This document shows, in pieces, positions 38,600-52,449 of a stretch of DNA of 64,000 nucleotides. The notes under the pieces are model-generated. The model saw only the letters and a program-made list of their open reading frames with translations, was not told the DNA's origin and made no database searches. Where the stretch lies: NCBI RefSeq assembly GCF_006345805.1, contig NC_043012.1, positions 13,826,001 through 13,890,000 of the forward strand. Reading direction: 5' to 3'. Source of the stretch: Octopus sinensis (Eukaryota). Each line of letters begins with the position of its first letter. Position 1 is the stretch's first letter. The position numbers were made by a program, and so were the translations under genes.

Positions 38600-39190
38600 T
38601 TTTTATTCTTAAATATTCTCTCCTTCATTTTCTACAATGCTCTTCCATCTATCTTCTAACATACACTTGTCCGTGGCGAAAAGTTCTACTCCAGTACTGT
38701 TCTAACCTCCTCCGCGGAATTCATAATTTCTCCGTTCAAATGATTTTGAAGACTGCAGAGTAAATGATAACCAACCGAGGAAACGCCCGACGAGTATGGT
38801 GGGTGGGGCATCATTTCCTATACAAACTGCTCCAGCCTGTGGAATGTCATTTTCGCAGTTTGTCACCTAACATTATCCCGAGGGAAGAACACCTTTAGTC
38901 TTGAAACCGAAGATGGTCGATTTGTTTCTAACTCAGGCTTGAATGTTTGTTTGAATTGACAAATCCAAGCTTTTCTGCTAGTTCCTCAATAGTTACGATC
39001 TTCTAGGATGATGCTTGTCCTCTATATTCTAGTTTCCGACTCAGAATTTCTGGAACCACCGTTGTCTCTAGCTTACGCGCATTGCCCGATCCCCATATAT
39101 TGCATTGATATCCCTCGCACTTTCTGTGATGTTGCCTTTATTGAACTCATAAAGCAAGATATGCCGAATATGCTCCTTTGTCACTTCCAT
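38600..39190 (-). mobile_element. Internally deleted mariner transposase relic
   Basis: MEVTKEHIRHILLYEFNKGNITESARDINAIYGDR...RQRWFQKF, then MMPHPPYSS....YHLLCSLQNHLNGEIMNSAEEVRTVLE. Confidence 0.85.
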
Positions 39191-39984
39191 TATAGCTTCG
39201 ATAAAACAACTATTGAAATCGAACTGTAAATTTACTACGTGTTTTTATAGCAAGTTGATAGTGGTAGTTTATCCCATCCCCTCCGACTTTTAGTTCATGC
39301 AATTGTAAATGCAATATTATTCATGTGAGGACACTATATATATATATATTATATATATATATATATATATATGCACATACGCGTATATATGTATGTATAT
39401 CAAAATGCATTTTTTAAATATAATTATGAGTATAATTATAATTAGGATTCAGCAAAAAATTCGCTTCACCACATACCGAAATTTAGAATCAGCAGCCAAA
39501 ACTAGCTATTTCTCTACCATAAGAAATTCTCCCAGACAACAATACTCAACAACCCACGTAGTGGTCTCAAATTTAAAATCTTGAAATACTGTACTGAAGA
39601 GCGAGAATGATAGAGTGGAAATGTGATTTTTGCACTTTTCACATCTATTAAACTCCGAAACGCCTCTGCAGTTAATCGATGCCGAGTGAATTCGTTATTT
39701 TTTTCTCTTTGCCTACGTGGGTTTTTGAGTAGTGTTGTCTGGGTGATTTTCTTATGGCAGAAAAATAGCTAGCTTTGGCTGCTATTTCTAAATTTTGTTT
39801 TTGTAATATTCATACGCAAGAGTAGTCAAGTCGATTACGTCAACTGCAGTACATTCCTGGTACTTCATTTATCGAGCCCCAAAATATGAAAAGCTAAGAC
39901 AATCTCGCCAGAATATGACCTCTAAAGGTAGCGACGGCCGGAATACAGCTAAGCTTTTCACTGGCGTGCTAACGATTCTGTGAG

Positions 39985-40062
<78 letters not shown>

Positions 40063-40142
40063 TCTTTCTCTCTCTTTCTCCTGTATATATTTACGTATGT
40101 ATGTACATATGTATGTATGTATGTATGTAATGTATGTATGTA

Positions 40143-40832
40143 TGTAGAATTAGGTAAGTTAACTATGTTTGTGACATATTTCAACTTCTAAAAGGCAAAT
40201 GAAATGCAATTACCGTAGGGAGTTACACTTTCTTATGGTAAACAGGTGTGAGAACACCATGTTCGTTCAATGTCCCCATATATTATGAATCTCAGACATC
40301 GATGTTTGAAAACAATTGGCTCTCGTCAATGAGATGTACTTAAGAGAGGCAACACAGAATGAACTTAAAAAGGCCTAGCTTTATATATAATTCAAACCAA
40401 GGTAAATAATGAAGTGTCGGCGCTAAACAGTGTGTAAGTATGAGCAGAATTAGGCAAGTAGAAATACGATTGTGACATATTCCAGCTGCTAATAGGCGAC
40501 GTCTGGGATTTCTAATAGATGGCGACACTGTTTTCACACCTTTTTACCATAAGAAGGATATATTCTCCACGGTAACTGTAGTGTATTTGCCTTTAAGCAA
40601 TCGAAATAGGTGACAAACATATATCAACTTACCTAATTCTACTCTTACTTACACACTGCTTAGCACTGACACTTCGTTATATTATATATATATATATATA
40701 TAATATATATATATATATATAGATGTGTGTGTGTGAATTTTGTACGTATGTACGTGCGTATGTATATATATATATATATATTATATATATACATACGCAC
40801 GTACATACGTACAAAATTCACACACACACACA

Positions 40833-40907
<75 letters not shown>

Positions 40908-41048
40908 CGAAGTGTCAGTGCTAAGCAGTGTGTAAGTAAGAGTAGAATTAGGTAAGTTGATATATGTTGTCACCTATTTCGATTGCTTAAAGGCAAATAC
41001 ACTACAGTTACCGTGGAGAATATATCCTTCTTATGGTAAAAAGGTGTG
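40143..41048. mobile_element. MITE-like relic with diverged internal repeats; its right end (40536-40682) is duplicated in inverted orientation (40903-41048) across a microsatellite spacer
   Basis: agaattaggtaagtt-type motif at about 40145, 40447 and 40944, plus its reverse complement at about 40630. The arms are nearly identical. Confidence 0.6.
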
Positions 41049-41506
41049 GGCATTTGAATTATAACGTCGGATGTAATCAATTGAACCACACGCGTATTTA
41101 TCGTTATGGTAAAATCTGGCGTGTGATTGAGTGGATTTCATCCAGATAGTTTTGGCTGACGAGCTACAAGTGGATTTTTTTGTAAGTAAAATTACATTTA
41201 ATTCATTAATAGCGAAACAATTGTCCCAAAATAATCTGTATTTTTGTTATTTTTTATTTGCCCTGTCCGTGTGAGCTAACAATCGTACTGACTTTCATGG
41301 AAACATGTATTTTTGTGGTTGAAACCTTTTGGATTAACTGGTGCTAGAGTGAGCCATATAGTGACCACTCTCTTATATTTATTTTGTAAAAATATTATAA
41401 TATATTATAAAATATTATAATAATCCAGGTTTCTCGGAGCACTAGGCCACTTGGTGTTGAATAGATATACTATTAAATTAGTATCTAATTCTCTCACCCT
41501 TATTAA

Positions 41507-41578
<72 letters not shown>

Positions 41579-44500
41579 GTGTGTGTGTGTGTATTTGTGT
41601 TTGTGTGTGTGTTTCTATGTATAAAGGAATGCATGCAGATAGGTGTGTTTTTTGTAGAGTAATTCGAAATATTTAGGGAGGGGGCCAGTCGATCAGATCG
41701 ACCCCAGTACGCAACTGATACTTAATTTATCGACCCTGAAATGATGAAAACAGAGTTGACCTTAGCAGAATTTGAACTGACACTGTAAAGGCAGACGAAA
41801 TGCCGCTAAGCATTTCGCCCGGCGTGCTAACGTTTGCGGTCGATAGGTATTAATATTTTTTTTAGATTTTAATTATTTCTGTGTTAAAACAAGTACTTTC
41901 ACACCTAAAAATTGATAAATTAATAAATATAAATAGAATAGAGTACCGCACTAATATTAATTAAAATATATTAATGGGAAATTTGTAGTTTACCATAGAT
42001 GAGTAAACAAAGAATAGCACATACTGTGTAGAAAACGAAACTCTGGAGGCGAGTGTGTGGTATTGTTTTGCATTTATGATAATATAAATATATACAGTAG
42101 AGTACTGTTTCTACTTCGAGGATTTTCACCAATCTCAGGAGATTTTGGAACATAGCATCCCGTGGTAATCGAGGGATTGTTGTATATACGTATATTATTT
42201 TCTACTCTAGGCACAAGGCCCGAAATGTTGGGAAGGGGGGCAGTCGATTAGTACGTAATTTATCGACCCCGAAAGGATGAAAGGCAAAGTCGACTTCGGC
42301 GGAATTTGAACTCAGAACTTAAGGACAGAGGAAATGCCGCTAAGCATTTAGCCCGGCGGGATAACGTTTCTGCCAGCTCCCCGCCTATAAAATATATACG
42401 TATATTCTGAAAGCAATTTGATCAAGTGTCTTCAGCTTATAATTTACAGAGGAGTTATTTGTTTTTATTTCAAGTATATAATTTTTTTCTATCTTTACAA
42501 GGATGTTAATTCACATTTATGTGAAGGCACGTGGCTTATTCATTAAGATATTCGGCTCACGATCACAAGATCATGAGTTCGATTCCGGGTGGTGGGTTGT
42601 ATCTTTACTTTCACGTTATTTCTCTCCACTGAGCTGCTGTCATATTCCGTGTCACGCTAAATCTCTTTGAGGACTAGGTTAAGTGTATGCGTATCTGTGG
42701 AATAGCCAGACACTATACGTTAATTTCATGAACAAGCTTTTCCCTTGATCGGAGTGTCTATATTTCACTGTTCTACATTTCAGTTTTGTTAACGAACCGT
42801 CTTGTCGATGAATATTAAACGAGGATGCTACCCTGATACACCCTTTCTTAATGATATCACTTTGTTGATATCACCCCTGTTGTACTCTTTCGCCCCAACT
42901 TTCTCTCACTCTTTCTTCCTGTTTAAGTAACGCTGCGATGGACTGGCGTCCCGTCCAGCTGGGGGGGGGGATACATACGCCACAGAAACCTGGAAACCGG
43001 GCCCATGAGACTGGTTAGGCTTGAAAAGGGCGAAAGAAGAATATTTGTAAGTATCTTCATGTGGTACTTATTTTATCGAACTCGAAAAGTTGAAAGTGGA
43101 CCTCGGCTGAATTTGAGCTCAGAACATGGTGACGGACGAAATGCCGTTAAGCGCTTCGCCTGGCGTGCTAACGATTCTCCCAGATGGCCGCGTTAGTGAA
43201 TCAAATTATTACAAGTAAATTGCATAATAGTAAGCGTGTTATCTGAATATTTTGAATGACCGTATGTAGGAAGTACTTTCGTTCGTCGCGTTTCGTCTAC
43301 TTGGTGGTATGCTTTATGTATAAAGTATATCTGCGTCACTCAAGGCTGGAAAACAGTTGAAAATATCCAAACACTGTGTTCTGTTATACATAATATTGAT
43401 TTCAAATGTGCCCTCTCTATATCTTTACAAGAATTAAACCTACAACATCGGTATGACGCATCGGCTCACCCATAGTCCGTGTACATATCTTTGCTCGTCT
43501 GCAATACGCTCATTACATTCCAACGGAGTAGAAATTTGTAAATTTATTATCCTGAATATATTTAAATATTAGTCTATAATATGGTAAAATTATTACGTCT
43601 TCTTATATAAAACCAATGTCTATCTGTTGATAATTCGAAGACAAAAGATATAAAAAGAGAAAGACATCAAGTCGAAGTCATAATAAGGTTTGAAATATTC
43701 GTAGAATTCCTGTATATTTCAAACTTCTCTTTAAATCAAAAATATTATCTTGTAATTATATTTCTGCAGAAAAAAAAATTTTTTTTCTGTGTCGAAACAA
43801 CTCATAAAAATGCCTGCAATATTTTTTAATATGTATTGTCTTCAACCATTTCTGTAACAATTTGTCTCAAGAGAAATCTAGTTGAATTATGGTAGGAAGT
43901 AATTCAATTTTTACGAAAAAAAATATCTTTTCTTCAGGCAGCAAATATTAAATGTTAGATATACGCTACCATCGAGTACAGAAAACAATTATATTTTAGT
44001 ACAGCTATATTGCTTATATTTTGTTTCGGTGTCGTGACTGCATTCCAGTTTATTTGTTTATCATTCACTCTTTTACACTCTTTTACACCTCAACACAACA
44101 TAAGCTACTGATTTTGTGTTTCCTGTAAAAAAAAAAAAAAACTTTGCTTAATCTGTATTATCAGTTCCAGATCATAATGGGTGCAGGTAATATTTGAGTT
44201 GCTGGATATGCGCAGATAAAACCGTAGCAGCTTTGTAGAAGAATCCCAGAAAGTATACGTATGTTGATCTTACATATTTCGAGAAATATTAGCAGTTCAG
44301 CCAGTGAATACGTTACATGAGACATTTCATGTAATTAGAAATTTATTGAAAATTCTCTCGAAGCAATTAAATTGAAACCGATTTTCTATATTATTATTCG
44401 TGGAGCTATTTGATATTTTAATTAATTACGTGGATTATTATTCTGAGCAAGATTAACTGGGATATACTAGGATGGCTTTACAGTATTTCTATTAAATATT

Positions 44501-44741
44501 GGTTTCCAATTTTAGCACAAGGTCAGTAGTTTTGGGAAAGTATATAGCTATACTGGAGGATGGTGATCTTTTGCTTTTTGTCTTGCCTGATCCATTTTGT
44601 CCTTCTGTGGTACCACAGAAGGACAAAAGGGAGACGGCAGGATTAAAGGACACACATGGAAGAAAGAGGCACTGAAGGATCACAGAATGTGTGACGAAAG
44701 AACTTCGAGAGAAAAATGAATTATCAGTAATAATAATCCTT

Positions 44742-45413
44742 TCTACAGAAGGCACAAGGGTATGAAATTTTGGCGGAAGGCCTAGTCGATGGAATCGACC
44801 CCAGTTTTTCACTAGTACTTAATTTATCGATTCCGTAACGATGAAAGGTAAAGTCGACCTCGGCGGAATTTTATCTCAAAACGTAACGGTAGACGAAATA
44901 CCTATTTCTTTACTACCCAGAAGGGGCTAAGCACAGAGAGTAGAAGCAAGGACAGACAAACGGATTAAGTCGATTATATCGACCCCAGTGCGTAACTAGA
45001 ACTTATTTAATCGACCCCGAAAGGATGAATGACAAAGTCGACCTCGACGGAATTTGAACTCAGAACGTTGCGACAGACGAAATACCTATTTCTTTACTAC
45101 CCACAAGGAGCTAAACACAGAGGAGACAAACAAGGACAGACAAACGGATCAAGTCGATTATATCGACCCCAGTGCGTAACTGGTACTTAATTTATCGATC
45201 CCGAATGGATGAAAGGCAAAGTCAACCTCGGCGGAATTTGAACTCAGAACGTAGAGGCAGACGAAATACCTATTTCTTTATTACCCACAAGGGGCTAAAC
45301 ACAAAGAGGACAAACAAGGACATACAAACGGATTAAGTCGATTATATCGACCCCAGTGCGTAACTGGTACTTATTCAATCGGCCCCGAAAGGATGAAAGG
45401 CAAAGTCGACCTC
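44742..45413 (-). mobile_element. Head-to-tail array of about 3.7 SINE family B bodies, period 184 bp
   Basis: The junction gacgaaatacc|tatttctttac recurs at about 44899, 45083 and 45267. The units differ from one another by scattered substitutions. Confidence 0.85.
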
Positions 45414-47924
45414 AAGTATAACAATAATTATTCATATCGTATCACAGAAAATTTTCAGACAATCTATGTTAGCTGTTTCCAACATACATCCGTCCGTCGA
45501 AATATTTTTCTGCCTAATATTCTTAGGTGTGTCGTATGGTGACATCTTCAGGAACCTACCGTTTAGGGTCCTACCTAAAACAATTGTTGCTTAATTTTCT
45601 GTTGGATTCCCAAGCGTTGGCAACTAACACTATGGATATTATACTACCATTTACTCCTTTGTCTACCCTCTTGCTATCCTACTACTTGATGGCTGGTCTT
45701 GAAGAATCCCTTCAGCGATTCTTTCTGCGACATTCTAATAACATGACTGCCTACCGCGCTGTGACATAGAGGTATGTCAATGATGATTAATAACTAGAAG
45801 TGTTATGTTACGATATTTTTCATGATTTTATGAAGGATTAAAGTTAGCATTTACCACGTTCGCTATATTATACCTCCCGATGTTATCAAACGAACTGATT
45901 TTTTCCTGTTCACTTTATTTAAGTTTATAGAAGTCATTTACTTGTTTCTCAATTATCAATTGTTACATTCACTCTAGATTTAAAATGTAATTCAAAGTAA
46001 CATTACTTTATGGAATCAAAGAAAAGTTGTGTTACTTCACATAGCTTGCTAGATGCACAATATTTTCGTTAAGTGGAGGTAAAGTAAGCTAGAATAAGGG
46101 ATATGATTATTGAATGACTTTTGTCTAATTTATATTGTATATTTTGAAATATTTTATAAAATCAAAATAAATTACGTTTTCCACAGCATTATGCACATGA
46201 GAAATTTCAAATATTAGATCCAAACTCTTAATGCAAAGCTCGGACTCACATGGAAACTAAATTAATAAAATACAATTAAGCTCTACATTGCCTTTTATAG
46301 TGTAGATTTTACTGAGTTGTCGTCATCTTATGTATTTTACTTACTGTGTGTGTGTGTGTGTGTGTATGAATAAAATCGATAAAATAAGAACCAGATAAAG
46401 TCAATGTAATCGTCAAAAAGTATTAAAGCACTGGCTAATGTTTATTCTGGCTATAGAACTGACTGGGCTGCAGATATGCGACGAAAATTTCGACAACTCA
46501 GGAAAGAACTTACGCGTGATTTTATAAGTTTTGAGTTTTAATATATCGTTAAGTTGGCTTTTCGATTACATAAGCTGTGTGTGTGTGTCTGTGTATGTGC
46601 GTATAAGGTGGGAGAGTTAATGACATAGATTGATAGAAAGCGATATACAGATATCCATATACATACAGCTTCTGTGTTCAGTATTGATTTTATGTGAAAA
46701 TCGTTTATTGAAATAAACGTTAGCATTCATTTCCTACTTTTGTAACGAATGCAAAGTGTTTCTTTCTACAACCACAGTCATCTCACCTGCACTAATCACA
46801 AAACTTTTAATGTATTATTTGTGTTTAGAAGGCTTAAGTCTTGATATATCTCTACAGGATTTTCACCAATAAATCCCATCGGACCATTAACTTTTAAATG
46901 AAATCAATACAAATATTACTGCGTTAATATGGTTTTACTTTTTTTGTTCTCTTAAACGTAATCTTCAGGAAAGTATATGCAATTTAGTTTCTGAAATACA
47001 CAAAAGCTAAATAAAAGGTTTTATTAAAGTATTACACGTGTATTTCAAAGAGAGTAAATGTTACACTTAAGGCAACTGAGACAATGTTAAAGGAAGCTTT
47101 GATACTGTTGTTTAAAATATCGATGAAGCTTTCAGTAGAATTGGAAGCATTTAGTCACGGTTTCGTATTGATCTAACGAAAACAAAACACTCATTCATAA
47201 AAGTGAGTTTTTTTTATTTTCTTTCTTCTTAAAGCAAAATTGTCAATCCAATGAATTGCTTTCACGAAATCTCTTAATATTGAAACAGTATTTATCTTTA
47301 ATATTCCCGTCCTAACACAATCACAGTTTCTGCAACTATCACAAAAACACATGTACACATACTACTAAATTATCTGTGGATACAAAAAAAAGCAAATTAC
47401 CTCTGTATTATCTCTAAGATTAAAAGCTTTCCGGCTTTGTCAATCTTTTGTTTAATATATGATATATACTCTGTATTCAATATATCGATTTCTTCACTAC
47501 TTTGTTTCTTAGAAACTGTGTTGTCAAGGGCATTATTATCGTGGATATTTTCTTGTTGCTTATTATCGTATTAGATGCTATTGTTAATCCCGGAGTGGTT
47601 ATCAGAGACATGCTAGCCTTTGTGTTGGAAATACGTTGTTGTTGTTTATATTCATGTCAGCCCTAATCAAGTAAACACTATGAAATCGTGACCGTCCTGT
47701 CTTTTTTACACACACACGCACACATACGTATTTATGCATATGCATATGAATATACATATGTACGTAAATATAATTATGTACATCTTCCAATATGCCCTTA
47801 GTGTCCTAATAGTAAGCCTCTCTCTTGAAGATAGTATAGCTGCTATAGATAAAGCGTTCACATAGAGTATATCGTGTCGGCTTGGTTGCGCTGTAGATGC
47901 CGTTGGCAGTGGTGTGTTATTTGT

Positions 47925-47982
<58 letters not shown>

Positions 47983-48154
47983 TGTGTAGACAGGCCGCAA
48001 GCGTGGCTGTATGGTAAGAAGCTTGTTTCCCAACCACATGGTCCTGAGTTCAGTCCCACTGTGTTGCACTTTGCGCAAGTGTCTTTTACTATAGCCTTGG
48101 GGCGACCAAAGATTTTGAGTAAATTTGGTAGGGGAAACTGTAAGAAGCCCATCG

Positions 48155-48182
<28 letters not shown>

Positions 48183-48185
<3 letters not shown>

Positions 48186-48432
48186 AATGCGCCCTTTTAA
48201 AGCCTAGGCAGCCTCATGGACCCGGTTTCCCGGTCTCTATGGCGTATGTGTTCCCCAGCTGGATGGGACGCCAGTCCATCGAGGCGTTACTCATTTTTGC
48301 CAGCTGAGTGGAATGGAGCGACGTAAAATGAAGTGTTTTGCTCAAGAACACAACGCGTCGCCCGGTCCAGGATCGAAATCATAGTCTTACGATCGTGATG
48401 CTGACACCCTAACCACTAAGTCACGCGCCTCC
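48183..48432 (-). mobile_element. tRNA-derived SINE family C with V/Meta-like core
   Basis: Head ggaggcgcgtgacttagtggttagg...ttcgatcc and core cgatggactggcgtcccatccag. A related interrupted copy lies at 42523-43032 (+). Confidence 0.7.
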
Positions 48433-48452
48433 ACACACACACAATATATATA

Positions 48453-48485
<33 letters not shown>

Positions 48486-48676
48486 CTTATATATATATAT
48501 GTATATATATATAATATATGATATATATATATATATATCTTATTATATATATATGTATATAGTATATATGTATATATAATATATGTATATATATATTATA
48601 TATATATATATATATGTATATATATTATATATATATATATATGTATATATATATAGTATATATAATATATGTATAG

Positions 48677-48728
<52 letters not shown>

Positions 48729-48738
48729 ATATGTTATA

Positions 48739-48780
<42 letters not shown>

Positions 48781-49153
48781 GTATATATTATAGGTTATAA
48801 AATGAGATAGGGGTTGAAAATTAACCCACCATGGGATAATATATATCCAATATACTGCTAGATAGGTACCCAACAAAATTAATACATAGATGTTAAAAAT
48901 TGTCAAACAATCAGTTCATCTATTGCATTATATGGGTAAAGGTAATAATATTACCGTAAATTAATACTACAAAATTAGAGAATGGAGAAATATACTTAAA
49001 TCAGTAAAACATCAACTATCCGATGATACTCAATCCATACTTTAATACACCATTACATATGAGTAAAGGCAATACATAAAATGAAATGAGATATACAGTA
49101 ATAGTAAAAGATAAAGAGATATAAGTAAAAAATTTTCAAATATAATATGCAAA

Positions 49154-49285
49154 TAAATCAAAACTGACAGCTGTTTCGGCAGTGAGGACAGTCATACCTC
49201 ATTTAACCTATAAGCCATAAAGGCAGGTATAAATGAGGCATTAACAAGGATGCCCCACGGCCTCTTCAGAGAATTAAATTAAATT
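49154..49285 (-). ncRNA. Type I hammerhead with extended stem II (copy 1, family 2)
   Basis: Reverse complement of 51019-51146. Confidence 0.7.
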
Positions 49286-49615
49286 TGTTATAATAGTGAA
49301 AAATATTATACAATCATATACATATAAATATAAAAATATAAAAATGTAAAATATAAAAACTTATACATCATAAAGCTAACTTAATATAATATAATAACAT
49401 TTGTACAAAAAAGGAAGGTAAACAGAACAAAATAAAACAAAATATATAATGGTGTATATATAATATCAATAAGTACCGATATTATACATATTGGCTAATA
49501 GTTTTTTTTATATATATAAAAAAAAAGGCTAACATATATGGAGATGAAAAATAATAATTAAATCCGTGGTACAGTTCATAAGATTCTAAAGCTATAAAAG
49601 TTAATAAAAATTACT

Positions 49616-49669
<54 letters not shown>

Positions 49670-51018
49670 TATAATAAAAAATAGATACAGTTAAGTTAGC
49701 ACCAAGTCCATCCTTACAAGATCGAAATAACTATGAGTTAAGAAATGCTGACCACTAGGTAAAGAAAATATAGATTAATTCGATTGGCTATTGGTTTGAA
49801 ATTTAAATCACAAAAGGAAATTATACGGTTGGTTAGTCAGGGAACGCCAATATTCACACACGCATCTACAGATCAATCGCACATACACACATAGTAATAT
49901 GCATATGCATACACTTATACACATACATAATTACAAGCAACAACTAGCACATAGATAAACAAAAAGGGAAGCAACTATGCTACAATTTAGTCCTTCAAAA
50001 TTATAATTGTGCCTCAATAATAAAAGAAGAACCATCCATGCATTCCATAAAATATTTAATTTAGATATAAATATATTTTTAAATATCAGTATGTTACTAA
50101 GTCAGATACTTATTTCATGGGTAACTTAAAGTTTATAACACCGGTTTGTTGCAGAGTAAAACATACGGTTGTTAGATTTATCGTGAGTTTGTTATGGTTT
50201 TAAGTACGCTAAATTATAAAATATAAAATATAAAATATATATTAATTTAAATATTATAAATAAGTCACTTATTAACTTAATAAATATAGTGCCATAATAT
50301 ACCAGTTTAGGCATTAAAGAATAGAAGGGGAAGTATTAATGTAAACGCTTATGAGAACATCATAGAAATTATAAATAAATTTTATATTATAAAGACTTAA
50401 GATGAAAAGAGATAAAATAAATAAGAAGGAATAAATACGAAGGAATAAATACGGTTATACACATAATTATAAGTACAAACCAATATATATGTATTCATAT
50501 ATTATTAAAATTAAATAAAAATAAATGATAGATATGTATGTATAAAACTACCCCAGTATAAGTAAATAAGTAAAAAATAAATAAAAAATAAATAGGTAGC
50601 AAATTAGATGACTTGATATGTATGTAAACATCTACACTTAAATAGGCAAATAAATAAATAAATAGAAGACTAGGTGCAAAAATTGATAATATTACAATAA
50701 AATGGAAAATAAATAAAAAATAATATGAACTGTACCACGGATTTAATTATTATTTTTCATCTCCATATAGTTAGCCTTTTTTTTATATATATAAAAAAAA
50801 CTATTAGCCAAATATGTATAATATCGGTACTTATTGATATTATATATACACCATTATATATTTTGTTTTATTTTGTTCTGTTTACCTTCCTTTTTTGTAC
50901 AAATGTGTATATATTATATAAGTGTAGCTTTATGATGTATAAGTTTTTATATTTTACATTTTTATATTTTTATATTTATAGTATATGATTGTATAATATT
51001 TTTCACATTATAACAAAT

Positions 51019-51146
51019 TTAATTTAATTCTCTGAAGAGGCCGTGGGGCATCCTTGTTAATGCCTCATTTATACCTGCCTTTATGGCTTATAGGTTAAAT
51101 GAGGTATGACTGTCCTCACTGCCGAAACAGCTGTCAGTTTTGATTT
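51019..51146 (+). ncRNA. Type I hammerhead with extended stem II (copy 2, family 2)
   Basis: CUGAAGA 51032-51038; stem II ggccgtgggg/cctcactgcc enclosing a further hairpin cctcatttatacct/aggttaaatgagg; GAAAC-AGCT-GUC 51124-51135 (palindromic loop III); weak AT-rich stem I. Confidence 0.7.
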
Positions 51147-51328
51147 ATTTGCATATTATATTTGAAAATTTTTTACTTATATCTCTTTATCTTTACTATT
51201 ACTGTATATCTCATTTCATTTTATGTATTGCCTTACTCATATGTATGGTGTATTAAAGTATGGATTGAGTATCATCGGATAGTTGATGTTTTACTGATTT
51301 AGTATATTTCTCCATTCTCTAATTTGTA

Positions 51329-51391
<63 letters not shown>

Positions 51392-52001
51392 GAATATATG
51401 TGTGTCTGTGTGTGTGTGTGTTGTGCGCCAACCATCATTTGACATCCGATGCTGGTGTGTTTATGCATCCCGTGAATTACCAAAGGAATAAGTTCTAGGC
51501 TTACAAAGAAGAAATCCTGAGTTCATATCTGCGACTAAAACCCTTTAAGGCTTCGTTCCAGCATGGCTGCTGTCAAATGACTGGAATAAGTTGAATAAAA
51601 TAATATATATATGTATTATGTATGTATGTTTTCGTTGTGTGTATGTGTGTTTGTGTGTATGTGTGTGTGTACCTGTGTGTTTGTGTGTGTGTTGTTGACG
51701 AATCCCTCGTTTGCAAGTCCTTCCTTCTTTCTATGTACTCATTTATGTCTGATCCTCAATTCGCTAGCAAAACCGACTTTCTCTTTTCTCTTTATTTTTC
51801 TTTTTTTTTCTTTCTTTTTCCGCTCTAATGAATTTCCACAAATTGCGGATAATTATTTACGGTGATAATTTTTATTATTGTAATAATTAAGCCTCATTAT
51901 GCCAAAACAGCGCGAAAAGAAACAGCTGTTAGATGAGATACTGTCTTACTTTTGTAATCAATAAGTAATAATTTTACCTGTAGTTTCTTATTTTCCTTTT
52001 T

Positions 52002-52090
<89 letters not shown>

Positions 52091-52255
52091 CATACATATA
52101 TATACATACATATAATATATACATACATATATACATACATATATATATACATACATATATATATATATACATACATATATATAATATACATACATTATAT
52201 ATATATATACATACATATATATATTACATACATATATATATATATACATACGTAC

Positions 52256-52294
<39 letters not shown>

Positions 52295-52449
52295 CATACA
52301 TATATACATATATACATATATACATATATATACATATATACATATATATACATATATACATATATATACATATATACATATATATATACATATATACATA
52401 TATATATACATATATACATATATATACATATAAACATATATATAAACTT

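Larger units (their letters stand above)
48790..51326. mobile_element. Second Penelope-like insertion: inverted pLTR arms 48970-49580 and 50724-51326 around about 1.1 kb of AT-rich spacer
   Basis: About 600-bp near-identical inverted arms, each carrying a hammerhead, with (TA)n at both outer ends. No recognisable ORF, so the PLE call rests on the ribozyme and the architecture. Confidence 0.65.

Noticed and set aside
51915-51935. Isolated GAAACAGCTGTT resembling a hammerhead stem III
   Set aside because: No upstream CUGANGA or stem II.
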